DNA from: an uncultured delta proteobacterium
GTDB lineage: Bacteria; Desulfobacterota; Binatia; HRBIN30; BPIQ01
Direction: 5' to 3'
Assembly: GCA_963761335.1 (NCBI GenBank)
Contig: CAVXGR010000011.1
Span: 384,001 to 448,000, forward strand
DNA: 64,000 nucleotides
The position numbers and the translations under genes are program-made. The notes below the pieces were generated by a model. The model ran no database searches, was not told the DNA's origin, and was given only the letters and a program-made list of their open reading frames with translations. Of the stretch, positions 10,633-19,958 are shown in pieces; the stretch's first letter is position 1, and each line of letters starts with the position of its first letter.

Positions 10633-10781
10633 AACGCGCCCCCGAAGCGCACACCCAACAGATTTTCGAAGCAGGCACCTTTTGCGCCCGAGATCGCTGC
10701 CCACGTCGGATTTCAAGCCGCAAAAGTAGCCTTTCCCCTTCCCTGCTTTCCCTCAGCTGTCCGCGGGCGTATCGTCGGCGC

Positions 10782-11642
10782 ATGCCCATCCCGCGATTGA
10801 AGTCCTCCGCCACCGGAACGGAGGTCGCTGCGGCGCTGGCCGAGCAGGGCTGCGCCGTCGTCGAGCGCCTGGTGCCGGTGCAGATCCTGGATCGCTGCCG
10901 CGCCGAGCTGCGGCCATGGCTCGAGGCGACCCCGACCGGTCCCGACGACTTTTCCGGCCGGCGCACGCGCCGCACCGGCGCCCTGCTGGCGCGCTCCGAG
11001 ACGGCGCGCGAGGTGGTGATGCATCCGCTCGTCCTCGACACCCTCGGCGCCGTGCTGGCACACGCCGCCAGCTTCCAGCTGCACCTGACCCAGGTGATTG
11101 CCATCGGCCCGGGGGAGCCCGGGCAGATGATCCACCGCGATCAGTGGGCCTTCGACTTCTTCCCGTTTCCGAAGGGCTACGACGTGCAGTGCAACACCAT
11201 CTGGGCGATGAACGACTTCACCGCCGAGAACGGCGCCACGCGCGTCATCCCCGGAAGCCATCGCCTCGACGATCGCCTTCGCTTCAGCCACGAGCAGGCG
11301 GAGGTCGCCGAGATGCCGACGGGCTCGGTGCTCTTCTACACCGGCTCGCTGTATCACGGCGGCGGCGCCAACAGCTCCGGCGAGACGCGCTACGGTCTCA
11401 ACATCACCTACGCGGTGAGCTGGCTGCGGCAGGAGGAGAACCAATACCTGGCGGTGCCGCAAGAGATGGCGCGGACGTTCCCGGAGCCGCTCCTGCGCCT
11501 GATGGGATACGCCCGCGGCGCCTATGCGCTGGGCTACGTCGGCGACCTGGTCGATCCGCTCGATGCCCTGCGCGGCACGGCGAGCGGCGCCGGCTTCGGC
11601 GACCTCGGTGCCGCGGGACAGCGCGTCTCGAAAGCAAAGTAG
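10782..11642 (+). CDS. Phytanoyl-CoA dioxygenase (PhyH) family 2OG-Fe(II) oxygenase
   Basis: HRD, FTAENGATRVIPGSH, HGGGAN, WLRQEEN. Confidence 0.93.
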   Translation: MPIPRLKSSATGTEVAAALAEQGCAVVERLVPVQILDRCRAELRPWLEATPTGPDDFSGRRTRRTGALLARSETAREVVMHPLVLDTLGAVLAHAASFQLHLTQVIAIGPGEPGQMIHRDQWAFDFFPFPKGYDVQCNTIWAMNDFTAENGATRVIPGSHRLDDRLRFSHEQAEVAEMPTGSVLFYTGSLYHGGGANSSGETRYGLNITYAVSWLRQEENQYLAVPQEMARTFPEPLLRLMGYARGAYALGYVGDLVDPLDALRGTASGAGFGDLGAAGQRVSKAK

Positions 11643-11694
11643 ACGCGCCGTCCCGGCGCTTCCCGAAGCGGCGAGACGCGAAACGCCGCTTCTC
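11639..11694. repeat. REP doublet family A, copy 3 (contains the PhyH TAG stop)
   Basis: GTAGACGCGCCGTCCCGGCGCTTCCCGAAGCGGCGAGACGCGAAACGCCGCTTCTC. Confidence 0.8.
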
Positions 11695-11872
11695 GACCGA
11701 TTAGCATCTCGGCACCTTTCGCCGCGACCTGATGCTGGCCCGTGCCGCGGCAACGCCGGATCCGCCGAGCTACTACCTGGCCGGCACCGTCGCCGGCGCC
11801 TGCCTCGGCTGCCACGGGCCGGGGGATTGAGGGACTCTCCGTCGAGCCGCGCCGTCTCCGCGGCGTCGGCAT

Positions 11873-12463
11873 TCATTCACCGGCCCGGCTCCATTCCATG
11901 GCCGCCTCGAGCCGATCGTTTCCCCAGAAGACCTCGTCTCCCACCACGAAGGTCGGGGCACCGAAGATGCCGAGCTCGATGGCGCGCTCGGTATTCTGCC
12001 GCAGCCGAGACTTCACCTCCTCGTCGCCGGCGGCGGCGAGCACCGCCTGCGGATCGGCGACCAACCCATTCAGGCATTCGAGGAGAACGCCGGCGTCGCC
12101 GATGTCCAGGTCTCTCGCGAAGTTGGCGGTGTAGACGTCGCGCACGAACTGCGGCACCCATTGGTCGTCCGTCGAGACACACGCAATCCGCGCGGCGCGC
12201 AGCCCGTTGCGGGGAAACTGCGACGGCCTGCGGAACGGAATTCCCTGGGCGGCGCAGATCCGCTCCAGATCCCGCCACATGTATCGCCCCTTGGCCGGAT
12301 AGATGTTGAACGGCGAATCGCTCCAGCCCTGGTCGCGAAAGATCGGACCCAGAAGAAAGGGACGCCACGAGACGGAGCAGGCGTACCGCCGAGCCACTTC
12401 CTCGACGCGCATCGCCGCGGGATAGGAGTAGGTGCTGGCGAACTCGAACCAGAACTCGATCAT
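11873..12463 (-). CDS. 2-hydroxychromene-2-carboxylate isomerase / DsbA (GST-kappa) family
   Basis: IEFWFEFASTYSY, WRPFLLG, GIFGAPTF, FWGNDRL. Confidence 0.92.
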   Translation of the reverse strand: MIEFWFEFASTYSYPAAMRVEEVARRYACSVSWRPFLLGPIFRDQGWSDSPFNIYPAKGRYMWRDLERICAAQGIPFRRPSQFPRNGLRAARIACVSTDDQWVPQFVRDVYTANFARDLDIGDAGVLLECLNGLVADPQAVLAAAGDEEVKSRLRQNTERAIELGIFGAPTFVVGDEVFWGNDRLEAAMEWSRAGE

Positions 12464-12526
12464 GGTGGCCTGCGAGAATAGTCGATTGCGATTCCTCTGT
12501 CTTCCGCGTGCCCCCGAAACGATCGC

Positions 12527-12554
12527 TTGCACTTGTATCACGATGTGATACAAG
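12527..12554 (+). promoter_or_regulatory. Perfect palindromic operator overlapping a putative promoter
   Basis: CTTGTATCAC-GAT-GTGATACAAG (12532-12554); TTGCAC -35 and TGnTACAAG extended -10. Confidence 0.7.
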
Positions 12555-12561
12555 CGGCGGC

Positions 12562-13002
12562 ATGCACCGACACGGCCACCGGCAGGAGCGCTGGCTGCAC
12601 ACACGCATCTCGGCCGATCTGCAGGACGCCCTGAAGCGGGAGGCGCGGCGTCGGCGGACACCGGTGTCGCTGCTGGTCCGCAACGTTCTGGAGGGTGCTC
12701 TCGATCTGGTCGAGGAGATCGTCGAGGACGGCCTGGCTCTGGCGGAGTCTTCGCGACAGTTCGGTAGTCGGGTCGGCAAGGCGTCGCGCCAAAGCGGAGA
12801 CCCGCTCGACGACGTCTACGGCTGGCAGGAGATCATCCTCAACCGGGCCGCGCAGTGCGATGCTTGCGATGCGGCTCTGGCCAGTGGCGCCGGCGCCTAT
12901 CGGGGCCTGCGGGAGCGCTCCGGGCCGCCGGTCTTCTTGTGCTCGAGCTGCCTGCGCCGGCTGCGCCGGCCGGCGAATGGAAAGAAGGAGGAACAGTCAT
13001 GA
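12562..13002 (+). CDS. Ribbon-helix-helix-like regulator with C-terminal CxxC...CxxC zinc finger
   Basis: LHTRISADLQDALKREARRRRTPVSLLVRNVLE (RHH pattern); CDAC...CSSC. Confidence 0.7.
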   Translation: MHRHGHRQERWLHTRISADLQDALKREARRRRTPVSLLVRNVLEGALDLVEEIVEDGLALAESSRQFGSRVGKASRQSGDPLDDVYGWQEIILNRAAQCDACDAALASGAGAYRGLRERSGPPVFLCSSCLRRLRRPANGKKEEQS

Positions 13003-13502
13003 ACAGCGCCGACGACAGCCGCCGCGACGAGCGGCAGGGTTGGGAGGACATCGGTCGCGCTGCCGAGGACTTCGCCCGCCGCGTGGCGCGCGACGCCAGT
13101 CGCTTTGCCGAGCGGCTGCAGGAGCACTCGACGGACTTTGCTCACGATGTACGGCGCGAGTGGCGACGCGGCCGCCACCGGCACCATCGCCGCCACGACT
13201 TCGCCTGCGGGCACGGCTCGGCGGACGACGTCCGCCGTGTCTTCGACGACATCCGCGGCGTTCTCGCCGGCGTCCTCGACGGCATCGACGAGCTCATCGA
13301 GCGCGCCTTTCCCGCAGCCGCGGAGAAAGAGGAGGCGCCGCCAGCCCCCACAGTGTGGGAGCAAATGGTCAGCAACCGCGACGTCACCTGTAACGCCTGC
13401 GGCCGCGCCATCGCCGTGGGAGAGGACGTGCACGCGCGCCGCGCCGACGACACCATGGAGTACCGCTGCGGCAGCTGCGGCACGGAGGACGCGCCGCACT
13501 GA
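12999..13502 (+). CDS. Hypothetical protein: amphipathic helices, His-rich patch, paralogous C-terminal zinc finger
   Basis: ATGA overlap and AGGAGG RBS; CNAC...CGSC. Confidence 0.75.
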   Translation: MNSADDSRRDERQGWEDIGRAAEDFARRVARDASRFAERLQEHSTDFAHDVRREWRRGRHRHHRRHDFACGHGSADDVRRVFDDIRGVLAGVLDGIDELIERAFPAAAEKEEAPPAPTVWEQMVSNRDVTCNACGRAIAVGEDVHARRADDTMEYRCGSCGTEDAPH

Positions 13503-13532
13503 GCCTCGCCGATCCGGACGCCGGGTTGGGCT

Positions 13533-14048
13533 TCAGCGGCCGAGACGGCGGACCGGGTCGCGGCCGTCCCAGTCGCGGGCGGCTGCCTCGACCATCTCCA
13601 GCAGACCGCGCATTGCCTCGGTGCTCTCCCAGACCTCGATGAAATGGCCGAAGGCCGCGACCGTGTCGTGGTAGCTCACGCGGCAGATGCCCGGCAGCGT
13701 CAGCGCCCACGCCACCGGGTGGCCGAGGGCGACGAGCCGCTGCGCTTCGCCCTCGAAGTCGCGAGCCAGGTAGGCGAGATGATGCACCCCGTGCGTCCGC
13801 TCCCGGTAGATTGACGGCGCTTCGCCGCGCGGGGCGATGAGCTCGATCTGCACGCCGCCGGAGTTGCCAATGGCGAGGGAGAGATTCGCCTCCACCGGCT
13901 GTCCGCGATAGCGGACGTCAGCGACGGTGGCGTCGTCGATGCGAAAGAACGGCCCGGCGCGCACGATCTCGACCCAGTGGGCAATCGCCGCGTCGAGGTC
14001 GTCAACGGCGTAGGCGATCTGCTTGATGACGGCGTGCTCGATGGCCAT
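13533..14048 (-). CDS. VOC/glyoxalase family protein
   Basis: QIAYAVDDLDAA, VQIELIAP, GVHHLAY, FIEV. Confidence 0.88.
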   Translation of the reverse strand: MAIEHAVIKQIAYAVDDLDAAIAHWVEIVRAGPFFRIDDATVADVRYRGQPVEANLSLAIGNSGGVQIELIAPRGEAPSIYRERTHGVHHLAYLARDFEGEAQRLVALGHPVAWALTLPGICRVSYHDTVAAFGHFIEVWESTEAMRGLLEMVEAAARDWDGRDPVRRLGR

Positions 14049-14165
14049 GGACTCCACTCCTTTCCAGAGAGACCCGCTGCGGCGGCAATCTCTCCCGTAC
14101 CTTACCTCTCTCCTGCTCGCTCGCGTAGCGGTCAGATCCTGCGGTCGGCCCCGCCGATGGCGGCC

Positions 14166-15135
14166 TCACAACCCGCGCAGGAACTCGAGCAGAGCCTCGT
14201 TGACCTCCGCCGGACGCTCCTGCTGGGTCCAGTGACCGCAGCCTTCGAGAAGAACGGTGCGGCGGAGCCCCGGCACCGTTTCCGGCATCGCCTCGAGCGC
14301 ACCCGGAATCATGGCGATCACGGCGTCGCGCGCGCCGACGATGAAAAGCGCCGGCTGACGAATGCTGCGCGTCGCTCCAGGCCGCCGTGAGCTCCCAGGA
14401 CAAGTCGGCGCAGCGGTACCAGTTGAGGCCGCCGCGGAACCCGGTGCGCTCGAACTCGCGCACGTAGAAGGCCAGGTCGTCTTCGGAGAGCCAGGCCGGC
14501 AGCCTCTCCGGCTCGACGAGATGCTCGAGCATGCGGCCCGTCCTCGGACCGCCGGAGATGCTCTCCAGCTTCTCTCGCGGTGCGTCTCCCGACAGCGAGT
14601 ACAGAAAACGCCGGAGGAAGGTGGCGGCGTTGGGATCGAGCTCCTCCTCGGCGCGGCCGGGCTCCTGGAAGTAGAGGAAGTAGAACCACTGCTCGCCGAA
14701 GAGCAGGCGCATCATTCCCGTCGGCGGCATTGGCCCGCGCGGACTCCACGGCACGCTGAGCGCGGCGACGGCGGGGAAGCGATCCGGCCGCAGCAGCGCC
14801 GACATCCAGGCGATCGGAGCGCCCCAGTCGTGCCCGACGATGGTCGCCGCCTCCGCCCCGAGCGCGTCGAGCAGCCCCACCATATCGCCGACGTGATGCA
14901 GCTGCGTGTAGGCGCGGATGTCCTCGGGCTTGTCGGTGCCGCCGTAACCGCGCATGTCCGGGGCAACGGCGCGAAAGCCCGCGGCCGCCAGGGCGGGAAG
15001 CTGGTGGCGCCACGAGTACCAGCTCTCGGGAAAGCCATGGCACAAGAGCACGACAGGACCGCCCTCTGGCCCGGCCTCGACCACGTGCATCTCGATGCCG
15101 TTGGTAGGCAGCGTGCGGTGGCGAAGCTCGCTCAT
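14166..15135 (-). pseudogene. Epoxide hydrolase (alpha/beta fold) with a +1 frameshift near 14366
   Basis: HGFPESWYSWRHQ, PDMRGYG, GHDWGA; C-terminus (IRQPALFIVGARD...GCGHWTQQERPAEVNEAL) lies in another frame. Confidence 0.85.
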
Positions 15136-15486
15136 ACGTTCTCCTGTTCGGATGCCGTGCACATATCCTTCATCCTCCCTCCATGCTCCTTCGTACCGCG
15201 CCGAACACTCGAGCACCAACGCAGCAGCGCGGTCGTTCGCATCGCCGCCCCGGTTCGCTCAGGCAGGCAGTCAGTCTTCGCGTCTTTGCGTTCCTTGCCC
15301 ATGGCTTCGCGAAGAACCGTTCGTCGCGCCGGGGACGGCTCGCAGCGGGGATGCGGTCGGGACGGCCGCGCTCCCAGGGGGAACACGCGATTGACTCAGG
15401 GGGGCGCGGCTGGTAGCCGAAAACGGTCTCGCTGGAGCGGCGCTCGCGCTCCTCGCAGGAAATCCACGTCACAGAAGGGGGTCACC

Positions 15487-16626
15487 ATGGGAGAAGCGTA
15501 CATCATCGACGCGTGCCGCACGCCGCGCGGTCGCCGCAAGGGCTCGCTGTCGGAGGTCCATCCGATGGACCTGCTGGTCGTGCCGCTCAACGAGATCGTC
15601 AAGCGCACCGGCGTCGATCCGGCGCAGGTGGACGACGTCGTCATCGGCTGCGTCACCGAGACCGGCGAGCAGGGCACCAACATCGCCCGCGGCACGGTGC
15701 TCGCGGCCGGCTGGCCGGTGGACATCCCCGGTGTCACGCTCAATCGCTTCTGCGGCTCCGGGCAGCAGGCGGTGAACTTCGCGGCGCAGGCGATCAAGGC
15801 CGGCGCCCAGGATCTGGTGGTCGCCGGCGGCGTGGAGAACATGACGCGCGTGCCCATGGGCGCCGACATGGGCCCGATCCCGCCGAGCCTGATGGAGAAG
15901 TACAACCTGGTTCCCCAGGGGCTCTCCGCCGAGATGATCGCCGAGAAGTGGGACCTCTCCCGCCAGCAGATCGACGAGTTCGCCCTCGGCAGTCAGCAGA
16001 AGGCGTGGAACGCCATCCAGGAAGGCCGCTTCAAGAAGGGCATCGTGCCGGTGAAGGTGACCCGCAACGGCGAGGAGAAGCTCTTCGACACCGACGAGCA
16101 CGTGCGCCCGCAGTCGACCCTGGAAGGGCTGATGGCCCTGCAGCCCTCCTTCAAGCCCGACGGCGTGATCACCGCGGGGAACTCGAGCGGCATCGTCGAC
16201 GGCGCCGCCGCCGTGCTGCTCGCCTCGGAGCGCAAGGTGAAGGAGCTGAATCTCAAGCCGCGGGCCCGCGTCGTCGCGCAGATGATCGTCGGCTCCGAGC
16301 CGGTGATCATGCTGACCGGACCGATCCCGGCGACCCAGAAGGTCCTCAAGAAGGCCGGCCTGAAGATCGACGACATCGATCTCATCGAGATCAACGAGGC
16401 CTTCGCGCCGGTGCCTCTGTGCGTCATGCAGGAGATCGGCATGAACCCGGACAAGGTGAACGTCAACGGTGGCGCCATCGCCCTCGGCCACCCGCTGGGC
16501 GCCACCGGGGCGATGCTGATCGGCACCCTGGTCGATGAGCTGGAGCGCCAGAACAAGCGCTACGGGCTGAGCACGATGTGCATCGGAATCGGCATGGGAA
16601 TCGCCACCATCATCGAGCGGCTTTAG
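15487..16626 (+). CDS. Acetyl-CoA C-acyltransferase (thiolase)
   Basis: NRFCGSG, NEAF, GHPLGATG, CIGIGMG. Confidence 0.96.
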   Translation: MGEAYIIDACRTPRGRRKGSLSEVHPMDLLVVPLNEIVKRTGVDPAQVDDVVIGCVTETGEQGTNIARGTVLAAGWPVDIPGVTLNRFCGSGQQAVNFAAQAIKAGAQDLVVAGGVENMTRVPMGADMGPIPPSLMEKYNLVPQGLSAEMIAEKWDLSRQQIDEFALGSQQKAWNAIQEGRFKKGIVPVKVTRNGEEKLFDTDEHVRPQSTLEGLMALQPSFKPDGVITAGNSSGIVDGAAAVLLASERKVKELNLKPRARVVAQMIVGSEPVIMLTGPIPATQKVLKKAGLKIDDIDLIEINEAFAPVPLCVMQEIGMNPDKVNVNGGAIALGHPLGATGAMLIGTLVDELERQNKRYGLSTMCIGIGMGIATIIERL

Positions 16627-16695
16627 GTGGCTCGGTAGCTCGGTGGCTCAGTTGAGAACGAACTGAGACACTGAGATACCGGGCTACCGAGACAC
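16627..16695. terminator. Imperfect hairpin built from 8-bp repeats between convergent genes
   Basis: GTGGCTCG GTAGCTCG GTGGCTCA GTT ... AACTGAGACA CTGAGATA CCGGGCTA CCGAGACAC. Confidence 0.55.
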
Positions 16696-16696
16696 G

Positions 16697-18046
16697 CTAG
16701 GCGACGTTCAGATTCCGCCGCGGGACGTCGCGGAGCAGGACGTCCGAGGAGTCCTCGATATCCTGATCGCGCAGGCGGTCGACGCCCTGGCGCACCTGCT
16801 TGCGCGTCATCAAGATGCCGTAGCTCTCCATCACCTGCTTGATCAGGTCGAAGTTGCGCTCCAGCGACTCGGTGACCGACACGTAGCCGTGCTGCGCCGC
16901 CAGCAGCCGGTGCCAGAAGGCCAGCACGTTCATCTGGAAGAAGTGCAGGTCGGTCTCCTTCGGCTCGACGACGATGATGTCGCCGCGGAAGTTCGGATCG
17001 TCCTGGTACTGGCGCAGGCCGTACTGCAGGCGCGAGTGCAGAAGCGTGCGGAACACCTGGTTCAACACTGTCAGCACACCGCTGTCGGCGAGCGGCTCGC
17101 CCTCCATCTCGTAGCGGTTCTTCTCCTTGTCGAACTTGCGGCGAACGCGGTTGGAGAAGGGCCGGAAGGGGTTGTAGCAGATGATCAGCTCGGCGCCGTG
17201 CTCGATGGCGATGTCGATGTTGGCGGTGCGGCGCACGCCGCCGTCGACGTAGTCGACGCCGCGAATGCGCGCCGGCTTGTAGAAGCCGGGCAGCGCCGTC
17301 GACGCCTGCACGGCCTCGGAGATGGTGAGACTGACGTCCTCATCGTGGCCGAAAACGGCGCGCTCCGCCGTATCCAGATTCATCGCCGAGATGTAGAGCT
17401 CGCGCCCGGTGATGCGATACAGCGTGCGAAAGTCGTTGCTCAATCGATTGCGGTCGAGGTTCTCGCGCAGATAGGTCTCGAGCGCATAGTTGTCGAAGAG
17501 GCCGGCGGGCAGATAATCGAGAAGGAAGGGAAAGGTCCGGCGGCGGGCAAGCGACTCGCCGATGTACAGCAGGATGTCGCGCAGGTGCTCGCCGCCGCGA
17601 TCGCGCACCAGCCCCTCCACGGGCTCGCGCAAGCGGCGCGCCAGGCCAGGACTTTCGCTCACCAGGTCGAGGACCACGCCCGGCATGTAGGTGGCGAGGT
17701 CGTACATGTACTCGAGCGGTCGCTCGACGAACTCGCGCATATTCAGATTGTAGAAATGGCGCGGCTCGAGCTGCGAGAACTCGTCCGACTTTCCCTCCAG
17801 GCTGCGCAACATCTCCGCCGGAGTCACGCCCCAGGCGAGCGGAGCCGCGAGGAAGGCGCCGGCGCTCAGGCCGACGTAGGTATCGAACTCGACCGTCTTC
17901 TTGTTGACGAGAACATCGTCCAGAGCTTTCAGGCCGCCGAGCTTGAAGGCGCCGCCCGTCACCGCCCCGCCGGCGAGAACGAGTGCAATCTTCGGGTTCT
18001 TCTTGCGAACCGTCAGATCACTCTTCTGAACGATGGTGATCCCCAC
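16697..18046 (-). CDS. Patatin-like phospholipase
   Basis: LAGGAVTGG, GLSAG, ASTALPG, YVDGG. Confidence 0.92.
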   Translation of the reverse strand: MGITIVQKSDLTVRKKNPKIALVLAGGAVTGGAFKLGGLKALDDVLVNKKTVEFDTYVGLSAGAFLAAPLAWGVTPAEMLRSLEGKSDEFSQLEPRHFYNLNMREFVERPLEYMYDLATYMPGVVLDLVSESPGLARRLREPVEGLVRDRGGEHLRDILLYIGESLARRRTFPFLLDYLPAGLFDNYALETYLRENLDRNRLSNDFRTLYRITGRELYISAMNLDTAERAVFGHDEDVSLTISEAVQASTALPGFYKPARIRGVDYVDGGVRRTANIDIAIEHGAELIICYNPFRPFSNRVRRKFDKEKNRYEMEGEPLADSGVLTVLNQVFRTLLHSRLQYGLRQYQDDPNFRGDIIVVEPKETDLHFFQMNVLAFWHRLLAAQHGYVSVTESLERNFDLIKQVMESYGILMTRKQVRQGVDRLRDQDIEDSSDVLLRDVPRRNLNVA

Positions 18047-18144
18047 GAGTGGATCGCTTGCTATCCGATGGTCAGACCTACATTCTTCTGACGCAGTTTG
18101 TCAAGGAGTTCACCGCCGGGTGCGCGCGCATGCTCTCTACCCTG

Positions 18145-18888
18145 TCATATCGGGGTCTGCACTTCCATGTACGACAGGCGCTGCCCTCCCTCGATCTCGC
18201 CGCGCCCCTTGTCGAGGTCCGCGAGGCTGTCGAGAACGCGCCAGTAGCCGTCGTAGCGCCAGCCGTAGAGAGGCTCTCCTGCGGCGAGCAAGCCGAGCAG
18301 GGTGTCGGTCGCGAGGCTGAAGACGCCGGGCGACATGGTGTCGAGGACAGCGGGCTCCCAGACGCTGACGCCGGCGAACATCAGCGCTTCGAGTGGCTCC
18401 GGCCAGGGCGCCGGCCGGCCGAGAAAGCGGCGAATGCGGCCGCCGGCGTCGATCTCGATCAGCCCGTAGCGGGCGGCCGCAGGATCGCGGCGCAGCACCA
18501 TGGTGACGGCGGCGCCCCGGTCGGCGTGAAAGTCGGTGAGCCCCCGCAAGGGCACGTCGTGAATGCTGTCGGCGTTGAGCACCAGAAAGCGGTCGCCGGC
18601 GAGCCAGCGCGAGGCGCGCTGCACGGCGCCGCCCGTCCCCAGAAGCGTCTCCTCCTCGGAATAGATGATGCGCACGCCGAAGGCGGAGCCGTCGCCGAGC
18701 GCCTCGCGGATCTGGGCGGCGCGATAGTGCACGTTCACCACCACATCGCGGATGCCCGCCGCCGCCAGCTGGCGCAGCGGGTAGGCGATCATCGGCAGAC
18801 CGGCGACCTCGACGAGCGGCTTCGGCGTCTGCTCGGTGAGCGGGCGCAGGCGGGTGCCGAGCCCGGCGGCGAGAATCATGGCCTTCAC
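18145..18888 (-). CDS. murU: Nucleotidyltransferase, probable MurNAc-alpha-1-P uridylyltransferase
   Basis: KAMILAAGLGTRLRPLT, PKPL, LGTGG; GTGA coupling to upstream amgK. Confidence 0.8.
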   Translation of the reverse strand: MKAMILAAGLGTRLRPLTEQTPKPLVEVAGLPMIAYPLRQLAAAGIRDVVVNVHYRAAQIREALGDGSAFGVRIIYSEEETLLGTGGAVQRASRWLAGDRFLVLNADSIHDVPLRGLTDFHADRGAAVTMVLRRDPAAARYGLIEIDAGGRIRRFLGRPAPWPEPLEALMFAGVSVWEPAVLDTMSPGVFSLATDTLLGLLAAGEPLYGWRYDGYWRVLDSLADLDKGRGEIEGGQRLSYMEVQTPI

Positions 18889-19958
18889 GGCGCCAGCTCG
18901 GGGAAGGAGGGGACGAGCACGGAGCGGATCTCGTCGCCCTGCGGCACGACGCCGAGGAGGCGCGCGATCTGCGCCAGGGTCGGGGGCAGGTAACGGAGAT
19001 AGCCGCGCTTGCCCTTCACCATGTCCAGATAATGGAAGCGGCCGACCACCTTGAAAGCCTTCTGCAGGGCACAGAGGTGATAGGTCTCGTCCAGATGCTG
19101 CGGGTCCCAGGCGGCACCGCCGGCCTCGCTCCAGCGGCGGCGGTAATAGTCGAGCAGGCGTCGCTCGATGTGCGCCTCGATGATGGTCGGGGTGTCGCGG
19201 TCGCCGAGCAGGGTGGCGAGGTCGTAGGGCGCCACCGCCAGCAGGGCATCCTGGAAGTCGAGAACGCGGATGCGATCGCCCTGCACGAAGAGGTTCCAGG
19301 CGTGAAAGTCGCGGTGGTTGAGGACCCGCGGCTCGCCGTCCAGCCGCCGGGCGATCGCCGCGAAGATTTCTCGCAGCCGTGCCGCGGCGGGCGCCGGCAG
19401 CGGCCGCAGCCGGCGCTCGATGCCGAACTCGATGAAGTGCTCGAACTCCCACAGATACAGGCGTTCGTCGAAGGCTTGATGAAAAGCGATGCAGTCGGGA
19501 TCGGCGGCGCGCGTGCCGTCGATCTGCAGGAGCAGGAGCTGCTCGATGGCGCGCTCGAAGTGCCGCTCGATCGTTGCCGCGTCGGCCCCGTCGACGGCGT
19601 CGCGCAGTGCCAGATCGCCGATGTCCTCGAGTAGCAGGACGCCCTCCGCCGAGCCGTCCAGGTAGACCTCGGGCACGTCGACTCGCAGGCGGAGGAGAAA
19701 ACGGTGCACGTTCAGGTACGGAAGCTCGTCCGTGCTCGGCAGGACGGCGAGCTCGTCCGAGGAAACCGCCACCCCCCGGTCGGCGAGGATCATGACCACG
19801 GCCGTCGGCGGAGGCTCGGACCCCCGCAGCCAGGCACGCGCGTAGGAGCGGGTCGAGGCGTCGCCGGCGAGCGGCTCGAGCCGCACCACCGTGGCGTCCT
19901 CTCCCCAGCGCCGCCGCACCAGCGGCGCGAGCCGCACCCGCAGGGCGTCGACGTCCAT
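18885..19958 (-). CDS. amgK: APH-fold anomeric MurNAc/GlcNAc kinase
   Basis: LAGDASTRSY, LLEDIGD, HRDFHAWNL, LDFQDA, YDLATLL, K-x-x-G-R-F. Confidence 0.85.
   Translation of the reverse strand: MDVDALRVRLAPLVRRRWGEDATVVRLEPLAGDASTRSYARAWLRGSEPPPTAVVMILADRGVAVSSDELAVLPSTDELPYLNVHRFLLRLRVDVPEVYLDGSAEGVLLLEDIGDLALRDAVDGADAATIERHFERAIEQLLLLQIDGTRAADPDCIAFHQAFDERLYLWEFEHFIEFGIERRLRPLPAPAAARLREIFAAIARRLDGEPRVLNHRDFHAWNLFVQGDRIRVLDFQDALLAVAPYDLATLLGDRDTPTIIEAHIERRLLDYYRRRWSEAGGAAWDPQHLDETYHLCALQKAFKVVGRFHYLDMVKGKRGYLRYLPPTLAQIARLLGVVPQGDEIRSVLVPSFPELAP

Larger units (their letters stand above)
9957..10674. mobile_element. Two tandem non-autonomous cassettes with shared ends
   Basis: 45-bp left end at 9957-10001 and 10384-10428; identical 23-bp right end CACCCAACAGATTTTCGAAGCAG at 10364-10386 and 10652-10674. 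Confidence 0.6.

Noticed and set aside
15180..15480. Riboswitch upstream of the thiolase
   Set aside because: GC-rich with possible hairpins, but no aptamer consensus that I recognise; an Rfam scan would be needed
14362..15486. 754-aa thiolase fusion
   Set aside because: The upstream part is antisense to the epoxide hydrolase; the real start is ATG 15487 with an RBS
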